Assembly: GCA_963755715.1 (NCBI GenBank) | Contig: CAVWLW010000074.1 | Coordinates: 64,001 to 128,000 of the forward strand | Reading direction: 5' to 3' | Length of the DNA: 64,000 nt | Source: an uncultured delta proteobacterium | GTDB taxonomy: Bacteria > Desulfobacterota > Binatia > UBA9968 | Part shown: positions 20,313 through 31,162 of the stretch, piece after piece | How positions within the stretch are numbered: position 1 is the stretch's first letter | Layout of the letters: each line of letters starts with the position of its first letter | The notes under the pieces: model-generated | Told to the model about the DNA's origin: nothing | Databases searched by the model: none | The model's input: only the letters and a program-made list of their open reading frames with translations | Program-made: the position numbers and the translations under genes

Positions 20313-20731
20313 TGAGTGTTGAAAGAACCTTATCGATTGTCAAACCCGACGCAGTCGGACGAAATCTGATCGGCGAGATTCTGCGCCGGTTCGAGGCCGC
20401 CGGTCTCCGGATCGCCGCGGGAAAACTTCTGAGACTGTCGCCGGAGCGAGCGCAGGCATTTTATGCGGTGCACAAGGAGCGGCCGTTTTTTGCCAGCCTG
20501 TGTACCTATATGTCTTCCGGGCCGATCTTCGTGTCGGTTCTCGAGGGGGAGAACGCGATCGCGAAAAATCGCGAGATCATGGGCGCCACCGATCCCGCGA
20601 AAGCCGCGCCGGGAACGATTCGCAAAGATTGCGGCAAAGACGTCGAGCAAAACGCCGTCCATGGCTCGGATGGAGCGGAGACCGCTGCCGGTGAAATTGC
20701 TTTCTTTTTCAGGCCCGACGAAATTTTTTAA
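20312..20731 (+). CDS. ndk: Nucleoside diphosphate kinase
   Basis: [19 protein letters not shown]. Confidence 0.97.
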   Translation: MSVERTLSIVKPDAVGRNLIGEILRRFEAAGLRIAAGKLLRLSPERAQAFYAVHKERPFFASLCTYMSSGPIFVSVLEGENAIAKNREIMGATDPAKAAPGTIRKDCGKDVEQNAVHGSDGAETAAGEIAFFFRPDEIF

Positions 20732-20815
20732 CGCGTCCCGCATTCGTTCTAAACCGGGCGACCCGCGAGCGTTGCAACGACAAACCGCGAACGTCTTTCG
20801 AGCGTTAATTGCAGC

Positions 20816-21886
20816 GTGAAGCCCAACATCAAAGATTTGAGCTTCAAGGAGCTGACGGCGTTTCTGAGCGAGCACCATCATCCTGTCTATCGTGCCAAAC
20901 AGGTATGGCAATGGTTGTTTCAGAAGCGGGCGATCACGTTCGCCGAAATGACAAACCTGTCGCGCTCATTGCGCGAGCAATTGGACGAAAATTTTAGCAT
21001 CGGCCGATTGCAAACCTTGCGGCGCGCCGAGTCGCGCGATGGCACCGTCAAGTTTCTTTTCGGCCTCGTCGACGAGGTGAGCATCGAAAGCGTGTTGATA
21101 CCGGAGCCGCGCCGGTTGACGCTTTGTGTTTCGACCCAAGCCGGTTGCGGTTTCGGCTGCGCTTTTTGCGCCACTGCGATTTTGGGTCTGAAGCGAAATT
21201 TAACGACTAGCGAAATCGTCGATCAGATTCTCGAAGCGAGCCGCACGCTGGGCGATGATGGGCGCATTACACATATCGTTCTCATGGGCATGGGCGAACC
21301 TTTGGCCAATTACGACCAGACCGTCAGAGCGCTGCAAATCATGACCGATGGCGAATGGGGCATCGGTATCTCGCCGCGCCGGGTGACGCTTTCGACCGTC
21401 GGCTTGGTACCGCAAATCGAAAAACTCATGGCCGAGACACGGGTCAATTTAGCGATCTCGCTGCACGCGCCCAACGACGAGCTGCGCGGCGAATTGATGC
21501 CGGTCAATCGCAAATATTCTCTGACGCAACTGCTCGATTGCTGCCGCTCGCTGCCGATACCACGGCGCAAGCGCATCACCTTCGAATACGTCTTGTTGCG
21601 CGGCGTCAACGATTCCGAACAGCAAGCGCGCCAGCTTGCCAAGCTGCTGCGCGATATTCCGAGCAAGGTCAACGTGATTCCATTCAATCCCCATCCCGGC
21701 AGCTCCTATTTGCGGCCGGCGGGCGAGGATATTGTTCGTTTCGAAAACGTTTTGCACGATGCCGGCGTGCAGATCAACGTGCGCCGGCCGCGCGGCGATG
21801 ACATTCAAGCTGCTTGCGGGCAGCTTCAAGGCGAGGAACAGAGCCGCACGCGGCGCGGAAAACGCCTTGCTGCAGAAGCCGTCTGA
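20816..21886 (+). CDS. rlmN: Dual-specificity 23S rRNA m2A2503/tRNA methyltransferase RlmN
   Basis: CVSTQAGCGFGCAFC, MGMGEP, AISLHA, DIQAACGQL. Confidence 0.96.
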   Translation: MKPNIKDLSFKELTAFLSEHHHPVYRAKQVWQWLFQKRAITFAEMTNLSRSLREQLDENFSIGRLQTLRRAESRDGTVKFLFGLVDEVSIESVLIPEPRRLTLCVSTQAGCGFGCAFCATAILGLKRNLTTSEIVDQILEASRTLGDDGRITHIVLMGMGEPLANYDQTVRALQIMTDGEWGIGISPRRVTLSTVGLVPQIEKLMAETRVNLAISLHAPNDELRGELMPVNRKYSLTQLLDCCRSLPIPRRKRITFEYVLLRGVNDSEQQARQLAKLLRDIPSKVNVIPFNPHPGSSYLRPAGEDIVRFENVLHDAGVQINVRRPRGDDIQAACGQLQGEEQSRTRRGKRLAAEAV

Positions 21887-21893
21887 TACGATC

Positions 21894-22754
21894 ATGGGAG
21901 CACCTATCATTGGCGTGATCGGCGGCAGCGGTCTTTATCAGATGAGCGAAATCGAAGGAGTACGCGAAGTCGAGGTCAAAACGCCTTTCGGCAAACCGTC
22001 GGATCGACTGATTCGCGGCCAGCTGGGCAACGTCGAACTGATTTTTTTGCCGCGCCATGGCAAGGGACATCGTTGGTTGCCTACGGAAATCAATTTTCGC
22101 GCGAATATTTTTGCGCTGAAGAAACTCGGCGTCGGGCAAATTATTTCGGTCAGCGCCGTCGGCAGTTTGCGCCAGGAGATCGCGCCCGGACATTTAGTCG
22201 TGCCCGACCAGTTCATCGACCGCACGACGCAGCGCCCGAGCACTTTTTTTGGCCGCGGCTTAGTCGCACATGTGAGTCTGGCCGATCCTTTTTGCAAAGA
22301 TCTATCGGCGACGCTGATCGACGCGGCGCGGTCGGAAGGCGCGCAGGTTCACGCCGCCGGCACTTACGTGTGCATGGAAGGGCCGCAGTTTTCGACTCGC
22401 GCGGAATCACATTTGTATCGGAGCTGGGGCGCTCATGTGATCGGCATGACCAATCTCCAGGAAGCCAAGCTGGCGCGGGAGGCCGAAATCTGTTTCGCCA
22501 CGCTCGCGCTCGCGACCGATTACGATTGTTGGAACGAGAGCGCGGGAAACGTCGAGATTGAGCATGTATTGACCGTGCTAAAAAACAATGTGGACCTGGC
22601 CCAGCGTACGATTCGGCGCGCCGTGGCGAAACTGTCCGCGCCGCGCGCCTGCGCCTGTGCGTCGGCGTTAAAGGATGCTATCATCACCGAACGCGCGCGC
22701 ATTCCCAAGAAACTCCGCGCCGAGTTACGGCCGATTATCGGGAAATATTTATGA
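21894..22754 (+). CDS. mtnP: S-methyl-5'-thioadenosine phosphorylase
   Basis: IGVIGGSGLY, PRHGKGH, EGPQFSTRAES, TDYDCW; start at ATG 21894. Confidence 0.93.
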   Translation: MGAPIIGVIGGSGLYQMSEIEGVREVEVKTPFGKPSDRLIRGQLGNVELIFLPRHGKGHRWLPTEINFRANIFALKKLGVGQIISVSAVGSLRQEIAPGHLVVPDQFIDRTTQRPSTFFGRGLVAHVSLADPFCKDLSATLIDAARSEGAQVHAAGTYVCMEGPQFSTRAESHLYRSWGAHVIGMTNLQEAKLAREAEICFATLALATDYDCWNESAGNVEIEHVLTVLKNNVDLAQRTIRRAVAKLSAPRACACASALKDAIITERARIPKKLRAELRPIIGKYL

Positions 22755-23656
22755 GCGTCTTAGTGGTTGGCACCGTTGCTTTTGATTCGATCGAAACGCC
22801 TTTCGGTTCCGCCGAGCGCATCCTCGGCGGCTCGGCCTCTTACTTCGCCCTCGGCGCAAGCTTTTTCGCGCCGGTGCGGATCGTCGGCGTGATCGGCGAG
22901 GATTTTCCGCAGGACTATATCGACCTTTTCAACCAACGCAACATCGACATCGAAGGCATTCAGCGCGAGAAAGGTGACACGTTTCACTGGCGCGGGCGCT
23001 ATCACGAAGACATCAACTTGCGCGACACCATCGAGCTGCATTTGAACGTCTTGGCCGGCTTCGAGCCAAAACTGCCGGAGCGCTACCGCGACGCCGAATA
23101 TGTTTTTCTCGGCAACATCGATCCGCTTATGCAGATGAAAGTGTTGGACCAACTGCGGCGCATGAAGCTGGTGGTGTGCGACACCATGGATCATTGGATT
23201 CGCGAGAGCCAAGAAGAGCTTAAGAAAGTTCTGCGGCGCATCGAGATCCTCGTCGTCAACGACTCGGAAGCGCGACTCCTAAGCGGCTATGACAACATCG
23301 TCAAGGCCGCGCGAGCGATCCTCAAAATGGGACCGAAGATGGTACTGATCAAACGCGGCGAGTACGGCGTTTTGCAGTTTTCCGACTCCTCGGTCTTCGC
23401 CACGCCGGCCTATCCGCTCGAGGAAGTTTTCGATCCGACCGGCGCGGGCGATTCATTTGCCGGGGGGCTCATGGGCCATCTGGCGCGCTCGGGCGATCAA
23501 AGCCAGGGCGGATTGCGCCGGGCGATCGTTTACGGTTCGGTCGTGGCTTCGTTCACCGTCGAAGATTTCGGCGTTAAACGGCTGACCGATGTGTCTCTTG
23601 GCGAGATCGAAGAACGCTACCAGCGCTTCGTGGAGTTGACCGATTTCCACTCCTGA
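22751..23656 (+). CDS. PfkB-family carbohydrate/nucleoside kinase
   Basis: LGGSASY, DPTGAGDSFAGG. Confidence 0.92.
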   Translation: MSVLVVGTVAFDSIETPFGSAERILGGSASYFALGASFFAPVRIVGVIGEDFPQDYIDLFNQRNIDIEGIQREKGDTFHWRGRYHEDINLRDTIELHLNVLAGFEPKLPERYRDAEYVFLGNIDPLMQMKVLDQLRRMKLVVCDTMDHWIRESQEELKKVLRRIEILVVNDSEARLLSGYDNIVKAARAILKMGPKMVLIKRGEYGVLQFSDSSVFATPAYPLEEVFDPTGAGDSFAGGLMGHLARSGDQSQGGLRRAIVYGSVVASFTVEDFGVKRLTDVSLGEIEERYQRFVELTDFHS

Positions 23657-23660
23657 GCCG

Positions 23661-24611
23661 ATGGAGCTGTCGATCGTCATTCCGGTTTATAACGAGGAAG
23701 AGAACGTCGAACCGTTGATCGGAGAGATCGAAGGCGTCTTGGCGGCCGCGGAGAAAACCTACGAGATCATCGCCGTCGATGATGGCAGCAAAGATCGCAC
23801 GTTCATGATGCTGCGCCAGTTGCACGGGACCCGGCCTCGGCTCAAGATCGTCAGGCTGAAGCGCAACTTCGGGCAGACCGCCGCGATGGCGGCCGGCTTG
23901 GCCTACGCCAAGGGTGAAATCATCATCGTCATGGACGGCGACGGTCAAAATGATCCCGCCGATATTCCCGAGTTGATTAAAGAGATCGAAGAGGGAAACG
24001 ATCTGGTGGCGGGCTGGCGTTCTAATCGCCAGGATCCGTTTTTCCGCCGTCGCCTGCCTTCAATGATCGCCAACCGTCTGATATCCTGGACCACGAGAGT
24101 GAAGCTGCACGACTACGGCTGCACGCTCAAAGCCATGCGTAAGGACGTTGCCAAGAGCCTGAGGTTGTACGGCGAAATGCATCGCTTCATTCCGGCGATC
24201 GCTTACGAGCGCGGCGCGCAGATTGTCGAGCTTAAAGTGAATCATCGGCCGCGCTTACGCGGCGTCTCGAAGTACGGGATTACCAGAACTCTGCGCGTAG
24301 TGTTGGATCTACTAACCGTGAAATTCTTGATCAGCTATTCGACCCGGCCGTCGCACATTTTTGGGCCGCTCGGAGTCTTCAGCGGCGGCATCGGATTTGT
24401 ATTTGGAGTGTATCTGACTATTGAAAAATTCTATTCGGGCATGGCGATCGGTGGCCGGCCGTTGCTGTTGCTTGCCGTATTGCTGATCTTTCTCGGTTTT
24501 CAATTTCTCACCATGGGATTGCTCGGAGAGATGCTGGCGCGCACATATCACGAATCACAGAACCGTCCGATATACGTCGTCGGCGAGGTGTTGGCGCATG
24601 GAGGACGAGTC
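23661..24611 (+). CDS. Glycosyltransferase family 2 (ArnC/DPM1-like polyprenyl-phosphate GT); in this sequence it reads through into ugd
   Basis: SIVIPVYNEE, VDDGSKD, RNFGQTAA, MDGDGQNDP, two C-terminal TM helices, RPIYVV. Confidence 0.88.
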
Positions 24612-25916
24612 ATGAAGTTGGCGATGGTCGGCGTTGGCTACGTGGGGCTGGTGGCAGGCACTTGCTTTGCCGAGAGTGGCAACGACGTGACCTGCGTCGA
24701 CATCGACGAGAAAAAGATCGAAATGCTCAAGGCGGGCAAGGTGCCGATTTACGAGCCGGGCTTGGAAGAAATGGTTCGGCGCAATTTCGAGGATCAGCGC
24801 TTGAGCTTTACTACCGATTTGCCGAGTGCCGTTAAAAATTCGCAAATCATATTTATCGCTGTTGGCACGCCCCAGGGGCCGACCGGACACGCCAACCTTG
24901 AATATGTCGAGGCGACAGCTAGGGGCATCGCCAGAGCGATGAACTCGTTCAAAATCATTGTCACGAAAAGCACGGTGCCGGTGGGCACGGCCGACCGGAT
25001 CCAACAGTGGATTGCCGAGGAAACTCAGCAGCCTTTTGCGGTGGCGTCGAATCCCGAGTTTATGAAGGAAGGCGCGGCTGTGGAAGATTTTATGAAACCC
25101 GATCGCGTGGTCTTAGGCGGCGACAACGCCGAGGCCTTGGAGACCCTCAAGGAGCTCTATGATCCTTTCTTGCGCACCGGAAATCCGATTCTTGTGATGG
25201 ATTGCCGTAGCGCTGAAATGAGCAAATACGCGGCCAATGCTATGTTGGCAACCAAGATATCCTTCATCAACGAGATTGCGCACCTGTGCGAAGAGATGCA
25301 AGCCGATGTGGGCGAAGTTCGGCGCGCGATCAGCCTCGACCGGCGCATCGGGCCGCACTTCATTTTTCCCGGCGTCGGTTACGGCGGCTCGTGTTTTCCG
25401 AAAGATATCCGCGCCATGATCGGCATGGCTGGAGATGAGCCCGCCATGCCGCTCCTCAGAGCAGTGGAACAGGTGAACGAACAGCAAAAGGGACTGCTGT
25501 TCCAAAAAGTGAAAAGGCATTTCGGCGTAGAGTTGGCGGGGTTGACCTTTGCGATCTGGGGGCTTGCCTTCAAACCACGCACTGACGATATGCGCGACGC
25601 GCCGGCGATCACCGTCATCGAATCCCTTTTGAGCGCCGGCGCGCGAGTGCAAGCATTCGATCCGGAGGCGATGGAGGAAGCGAGAAAAATCTTCGGCGAC
25701 CGCATCCAGTACACGCATCGAAATTATGACGCGCTGCACGGCGCCGCGGCGCTGCTGATTCTGACCGAGTGGAATGAATTTCGCCGGCCGGATTTTTCGC
25801 GGATCAAAGGATTGCTCAAACAGCCGGTGATCTTCGACGGCCGCAATATTTACGATCCGATCGATCTGCGCAAGCTCGGCTTCACATATTATTCAATAGG
25901 ACGGAACCATGTCTAG
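24612..25916 (+). CDS. ugd: UDP-glucose 6-dehydrogenase
   Basis: [48 protein letters not shown]; own RBS (GAGGA) before ATG 24612. Confidence 0.92.
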   Translation: MKLAMVGVGYVGLVAGTCFAESGNDVTCVDIDEKKIEMLKAGKVPIYEPGLEEMVRRNFEDQRLSFTTDLPSAVKNSQIIFIAVGTPQGPTGHANLEYVEATARGIARAMNSFKIIVTKSTVPVGTADRIQQWIAEETQQPFAVASNPEFMKEGAAVEDFMKPDRVVLGGDNAEALETLKELYDPFLRTGNPILVMDCRSAEMSKYAANAMLATKISFINEIAHLCEEMQADVGEVRRAISLDRRIGPHFIFPGVGYGGSCFPKDIRAMIGMAGDEPAMPLLRAVEQVNEQQKGLLFQKVKRHFGVELAGLTFAIWGLAFKPRTDDMRDAPAITVIESLLSAGARVQAFDPEAMEEARKIFGDRIQYTHRNYDALHGAAALLILTEWNEFRRPDFSRIKGLLKQPVIFDGRNIYDPIDLRKLGFTYYSIGRNHV

Positions 25917-26856
25917 ATATCTGGTGACGGGCGGCGCCGGTTTCATCGGTTCTCATCTGTGCGAGAGTTTCCTGAACCAGGGACATGAGGTGCTCTGCAT
26001 GGACAACTACTCCACCGGTGCCAAACAAAATGTCGGCGCGTTTCTCAAAAACCCGCGTTTCCGTTTCATCGATCATAACGTGAGCCGCTACATCGAAGTG
26101 CCGGAGCCGCTCGATTACATCCTGCATTTCGCTTCGCCAGCGAGCCCCGTCGATTATTTGGAGTTGCCGATCCCAACCTTAAAAGTTGGCGCTTTGGGCA
26201 CGCACAACACGTTGGGTCTGGCGAAAGCCAAGAGCGCGGTTTATTTGCTGGCGTCGACTTCCGAAGTCTATGGCGATCCGCTGGTGCGACCGCAGACGGA
26301 AGAATACTGGGGCAATGTCAATCCGATCGGGCCGCGCGGCGTCTACGATGAGGCGAAACGATTTGCCGAGGCGATGACGATGGCGTATCACCGTTTCCAC
26401 GGCTTGAACACGCGCATCGTGCGCATCTTCAATACTTACGGGCCGCGCATGCGCTTGCACGATGGCCGTGTGGTGCCGAACTTCATCATGCAGGCGCTCA
26501 AAGGAGAGCCGTTGACGGTTTACGGTCAGGGCGAGCAGACGCGCAGTTTTCAATACGTCGATGATCTCGTCATCGGGCTCAAGAAGCTTCTCGACGCCGA
26601 TCATCACTTGCCGGTCAACATCGGCAATCCGCATGAGATGACCGTCTTGGAATTCGCCAAAAAAATTATCGAGCTCACCGGCTCGAAAAGTTCCATCGTC
26701 TACAAACCCTTGCCCGAGGACGATCCGCAAGTGCGCCAGCCCGATATCACCAAGGCCAAAAAGATTCTCGGCTGGGAGCCCAAGGTGCAATTGGAAGAAG
26801 GCTTGGTCAAAACCATCGAATATTTTCGCGCCCGGCTGGAGGAGCAGAAGACGTGA
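25909..26856 (+). CDS. UDP-glucuronate decarboxylase (UDP-xylose synthase-like SDR)
   Basis: [46 protein letters not shown]. Confidence 0.92.
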   Translation: MSRYLVTGGAGFIGSHLCESFLNQGHEVLCMDNYSTGAKQNVGAFLKNPRFRFIDHNVSRYIEVPEPLDYILHFASPASPVDYLELPIPTLKVGALGTHNTLGLAKAKSAVYLLASTSEVYGDPLVRPQTEEYWGNVNPIGPRGVYDEAKRFAEAMTMAYHRFHGLNTRIVRIFNTYGPRMRLHDGRVVPNFIMQALKGEPLTVYGQGEQTRSFQYVDDLVIGLKKLLDADHHLPVNIGNPHEMTVLEFAKKIIELTGSKSSIVYKPLPEDDPQVRQPDITKAKKILGWEPKVQLEEGLVKTIEYFRARLEEQKT

Positions 26857-27776
26857 GAATCATCGTTACCGGCGGCGCGGGTTTCATCGGCTCGAACATT
26901 GTCGATGCTTATTTGGAACGCGGTCATGAAGTGCATATCTTCGATGATCTCTCGACTGGGCAGAAGGCGAATCTCAACGCCAAAGCGACGCTGCACGAGG
27001 TCGATATCGCGGCTCCAGAAGCGGCACGGCGGATCGAGCAAATCAAGCCGGATGTTTTGTGCCACCACGCGGCGCAAATGGACGTGCGCCATTCCGTCGC
27101 TGATCCGACGTTTGACGCGCGCGTTAACATTCTCGGCTTTATCAATTTGCTCGAAGCCGGCAAAAACGCCGGCGTGAAAAAAGTTATTTTCGCTTCTTCA
27201 GGAGGCGCGGTTTACGGCGAGCAAGAGACGTTTCCCGCCGCCGAGGATCACGTCACGCGGCCGGCGAGCCCCTACGGCGTGAGCAAGCGGGCGGGCGAGC
27301 TTTACCTGTCTTATTACCACCAAACCTTCGGCTTACCGTACATCGGGCTGCGTTACGCTAACGTTTACGGTCCGCGCCAATCCACCAAGGGCGAGGCCGG
27401 TGTCGTCGCCATCTTCTTGTCACTGCTGCTGCAGGGCAAAGCCCCGGTCATAAACGGCGATGGACGGCAGACGCGTGATTACGTCTACGTCGGTGATGTG
27501 GTTGCCGCCAATGTTGCGGCACTGGATGCGCAATTTGTCGGTGAAATAAACATCGGCACGAGCATCGAGACCGACGTGGTGACGATTTTTCAGCACCTGC
27601 GGCAAGCCGTGGGCAGCGAGATCGACGCGCGATACGGACCGGCGAAACCCGGCGAGCAGCGACGCAGCTGTATCGATGCGGGTCGGGCCGCGCAAGTGCT
27701 TGGCTGGCGTCCCACGATGGCGCTCACTGAAGGGCTTCGGCGCACCGCTGCCTGGTATCGGGATACGACTGGCTAA
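26853..27776 (+). CDS. NAD-dependent epimerase/dehydratase (UDP-glucose 4-epimerase-like)
   Basis: [36 protein letters not shown]. Confidence 0.9.
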   Translation: MRIIVTGGAGFIGSNIVDAYLERGHEVHIFDDLSTGQKANLNAKATLHEVDIAAPEAARRIEQIKPDVLCHHAAQMDVRHSVADPTFDARVNILGFINLLEAGKNAGVKKVIFASSGGAVYGEQETFPAAEDHVTRPASPYGVSKRAGELYLSYYHQTFGLPYIGLRYANVYGPRQSTKGEAGVVAIFLSLLLQGKAPVINGDGRQTRDYVYVGDVVAANVAALDAQFVGEINIGTSIETDVVTIFQHLRQAVGSEIDARYGPAKPGEQRRSCIDAGRAAQVLGWRPTMALTEGLRRTAAWYRDTTG

Positions 27777-29569
27777 TGACTCTGGATCACATCAGGAATT
27801 TTTCCATCATCGCGCATATCGATCACGGTAAATCAACGCTGGCCGACCGCTTGCTCGAATTCACCGGCGCGGTCAGCGCGCGGGAGAAAACCGATCAGAT
27901 TCTCGACAGCATGGACCTCGAGCGCGAGCGCGGTATTACCATCAAGGCCAGTCCGGTCTGCCTGAGATACCGAGCCAAGGACGGCAAAGAGTATAAGCTC
28001 AATTTGATCGACACCCCCGGGCACGTCGATTTCACTTACGAGGTATCGCGCAGCCTGGCGGCCTGCGAAGGTGCGCTGCTCGTCGTCGACGCGGCTCAAG
28101 GAGTGGAAGCTCAGACTGTGGCCAACGTGCACATGGCGCTCGATCACAATCTGGAAATTCTTCCCGTGATCAACAAGATCGATTTGCCGAGCGCGGAACC
28201 GGAGCGCGTCAGAACCGAGATAGAGGACGTCATCGGCCTGGATGCTTCCCACGCCGTGTGCGCGAGCGCCAAAGAAGGCATCGGTACGGAGGAGATCCTC
28301 GAAGGGATCGTGCACTACTTTCCGCCGCCGAAAGGAGACGCTTCGGCGCCCTTGCGAGCTTTGATTATCGATTGCCGGTTTGATCCTTATCACGGCGCCG
28401 TCGTGATGACGCGTATTTTCGACGGCGCCATGCAAAAGGGCACCAAGATTCGCATGATGGCGAGCGGCCACGCGTTCGAAGTGCTGCGCCTCGGCGTTTT
28501 CTCGCCCGGATCCGTGGAGGTCGCGGAACTAAATGCCGGCGAGGTCGGTTTCGTGATGGCCGGCATCAAAGAAGTGGCCGAAACCCAGATCGGCGACACG
28601 ATCACGACGGACGATCGGCCGGCGCAGGAGCCGTTGCCGGGATTTAAACCGATGAAGCCGATGGTTTTCAGCGGGCTCTATCCGACCGACTCAGGGCAGT
28701 ATCAGGCTTTGCGCGACGCGCTAGAAAAACTGCGGCTGAACGATTCCTCGTTTACCTACGAACCGGAGACTTCGCAAGCGCTGGGCTTCGGTTTTCGCTG
28801 CGGCTTTCTCGGCTTGCTCCACATGGACATCGTTCGCGAGCGTCTCGAGCGCGAGTTCAGCCTGAGTCTGATCACCACGGCGGCAACGGTGGTTTATCGC
28901 GTGATCACAATTGCGGGTGCCACGCTCATGATCGACAATCCGGTGAAGCTACCCAACGAATCGGAGATCGAGCGGATCGAAGAGCCGGTCATCCAGGCGA
29001 CGCTTCATCTGCCTCAGGAGTTCCTCGGCGGTGTGCTGAAGATCTGCGAAGAGAAACGCGGCACGCAAAAAGAAATCCGCTATTTGGGCCCCAAGCGGGT
29101 GATGCTCGTCTATGAGTTGCCTTTGAATGAAATTGTCGTAGATTTCTATGATAGACTTAAATCGGTGAGCCGCGGTTATGCATCGATGGATTACGAATTG
29201 GCCGGCTATCGACCGGCGGACCTGGTAAAACTGGACGTGCGCATCAACGGTGATGTCATCGATGCCATGTCGATGATCGTTCCTCGGGAGAAGGCCTATT
29301 ACCGTGGCCGCGATCTCGTGCAGAAAATGCGCGAGCTCATCCCACGCCAGCTTTTCGAAGTCGTCATCCAAGCCGCCATCGGCAGCCGGGTGGTGTCCCG
29401 CGAGTCGGTGAAGGCGCTGCGCAAAAATGTCACCGCGAAATGTTACGGCGGCGATATCACGCGCAAGCGCAAACTGCTCGAGCGCCAGAAAGAAGGCAAG
29501 AAGCGCATGAAACAGGTCGGCAAGGTGGAGATACCTCAAGAGGCGTTTCTCGCGGCGCTCAAAGTTTAG
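27776..29569 (+). CDS. lepA: Elongation factor 4
   Basis: [45 protein letters not shown]. Confidence 0.99.
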   Translation: MTLDHIRNFSIIAHIDHGKSTLADRLLEFTGAVSAREKTDQILDSMDLERERGITIKASPVCLRYRAKDGKEYKLNLIDTPGHVDFTYEVSRSLAACEGALLVVDAAQGVEAQTVANVHMALDHNLEILPVINKIDLPSAEPERVRTEIEDVIGLDASHAVCASAKEGIGTEEILEGIVHYFPPPKGDASAPLRALIIDCRFDPYHGAVVMTRIFDGAMQKGTKIRMMASGHAFEVLRLGVFSPGSVEVAELNAGEVGFVMAGIKEVAETQIGDTITTDDRPAQEPLPGFKPMKPMVFSGLYPTDSGQYQALRDALEKLRLNDSSFTYEPETSQALGFGFRCGFLGLLHMDIVRERLEREFSLSLITTAATVVYRVITIAGATLMIDNPVKLPNESEIERIEEPVIQATLHLPQEFLGGVLKICEEKRGTQKEIRYLGPKRVMLVYELPLNEIVVDFYDRLKSVSRGYASMDYELAGYRPADLVKLDVRINGDVIDAMSMIVPREKAYYRGRDLVQKMRELIPRQLFEVVIQAAIGSRVVSRESVKALRKNVTAKCYGGDITRKRKLLERQKEGKKRMKQVGKVEIPQEAFLAALKV

Positions 29570-29583
29570 TGGCAGGGTTGCCA

Positions 29584-30252
29584 ATGGCTTCAGAAAAGGT
29601 GAATAAAGTGAAAGATCAAACAATCATGGAGAATTCAACTACGGTGAAGGCGAAGTCGACTTTCCGCGAATACGCGGAAGCGATCATCATGGCGCTGGTT
29701 TTGGCGCTGTTTATTCGAACCTTCATCGTGCAAGCGTTCAAAATCCCTTCCGGCTCGATGATTCCGACTTTGGAGATCGGCGATCACATCCTGGTCAACA
29801 AGTTGTCCTACGGTTTGCGCATGCCGTTTTTGGAACGCTACTTATTCCAATATTCGACGCCGAGCCGGGGCGACGTGGTGGTATTCATCTACCCGGAGGA
29901 TCGTTCCAAGGATTTTATCAAGCGCGTAATCGGCGTCGCTGGCGATACGGTGGAGGTGCGCGCTAAAAAAGTTTTTATCAACGGCAAGCAGGTCGAAGAT
30001 CCGCACGCTCACTTTGCCGGTTACGATCCCCAGGCGGGCGCGGTAGGGAGCGGCGATGACTACGGGCCGAAAGTGGTGCCGTCCAATCACATCTTTGTCA
30101 TGGGCGACAATCGCGACCGCAGCTACGACAGCCGTTTCTGGGGCTTTGTCAATCTCGAAGAGGTGCGCGGCAAAGCCTTCTTGATCTATTGGTCCTGGGA
30201 CGGCGGCGACCGCTGGGTGCGCTGGGAACGCTTGGGCAACATCATTTACTAG
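29584..30252 (+). CDS. lepB: Signal peptidase I
   Basis: IPSGSMIPTL, FIKRVIG, GDNRDRSYDSRFWG; start approximate. Confidence 0.95.
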   Translation: MASEKVNKVKDQTIMENSTTVKAKSTFREYAEAIIMALVLALFIRTFIVQAFKIPSGSMIPTLEIGDHILVNKLSYGLRMPFLERYLFQYSTPSRGDVVVFIYPEDRSKDFIKRVIGVAGDTVEVRAKKVFINGKQVEDPHAHFAGYDPQAGAVGSGDDYGPKVVPSNHIFVMGDNRDRSYDSRFWGFVNLEEVRGKAFLIYWSWDGGDRWVRWERLGNIIY

Positions 30253-30300
30253 GGGAAATAATTTGCGAGCGTCGATCAAACAACGGATGGACAGAGCTCC

Positions 30301-30588
30301 GTGACAAAAAAAACAAAAATTTTCCTGACGATTTGGTCGTCCCTGCTTGTCGTTTTCGTGCTGTTCAATATTCTCATTTCGCTCGGCAACCAATCGATTC
30401 AAGCCGAAGTGGGCGAGCGCCAGCAAGAAATCGCCCAGACGATCCAACTGGAAACGCTCAACCGCCAACTGATCACGGTGCTCGCCAGTCTGGCGGTCAA
30501 GACCAACGACGAACAACTGAAGAAAGTCTTGGCGGACAGCGGCGTCAACCTCGGCAACGCGCCTGAGGGCGCGCCGGCGAAAAAGTGA
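30301..30588 (+). CDS. Hypothetical bitopic membrane protein with coiled coil
   Basis: N-terminal TM followed by a heptad-rich segment; typical codon usage. Confidence 0.7.
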   Translation: MTKKTKIFLTIWSSLLVVFVLFNILISLGNQSIQAEVGERQQEIAQTIQLETLNRQLITVLASLAVKTNDEQLKKVLADSGVNLGNAPEGAPAKK

Positions 30589-30594
30589 GGCATC

Positions 30595-30996
30595 ATGGCC
30601 GAGGAAAATGACAAGATTCTTGAGCGCGAAGAAACCCTGGAGGATTCTGCGGTCCCACAGCCGGTTTCGAATCTGCCGTTCATTATTACCCTCGTGGCGT
30701 TGACGATCTATTTCGTGTTTCAGACGCTGCAACTCGCAACCGAGCGAAGTAATCTCGGCATGGTGAAAGCCAATCAAGATGCGGCGATCCAGGAAGCGCA
30801 GAAAGTCCAGACTCAGTTTAAAACGCTCGTGTCAAAAACCGGCGAACTGGCGGCTCAAGGCCATGCCGGCGCGAGGATGGTAATGGAAGAGCTGCAAAAG
30901 CGCGGTCTCGGCGCCGCGCCAGAAGCGCCGACGCCGGAAACGAAGATGCCGGAAACCAAAGCGCCTCCAAAGAGCGAGACGAAGCCCGCCAAGTAA
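30595..30996 (+). CDS. Hypothetical bitopic membrane protein with coiled coil and Pro/Lys tail
   Basis: GAGG RBS, single TM (LPFIITLVALTIYFVF), coiled coil, PETK repeats. Confidence 0.75.
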   Translation: MAEENDKILEREETLEDSAVPQPVSNLPFIITLVALTIYFVFQTLQLATERSNLGMVKANQDAAIQEAQKVQTQFKTLVSKTGELAAQGHAGARMVMEELQKRGLGAAPEAPTPETKMPETKAPPKSETKPAK

Positions 30997-31162
30997 TTTC
31001 GTTACGGAGTATTCAGTTTGGCGTATTTGGCCAACCCGACTTGCGTGCGTTCGCTATTTTTCGATTCCAACGACGGGCAAGCGCCAGCGCCGTCGTTTTG
31101 TCTGTTGAACCTTAGCTGATTTCAATTTAGGCTATTTTCTCCACTTTACAGAGAAAACTAAT

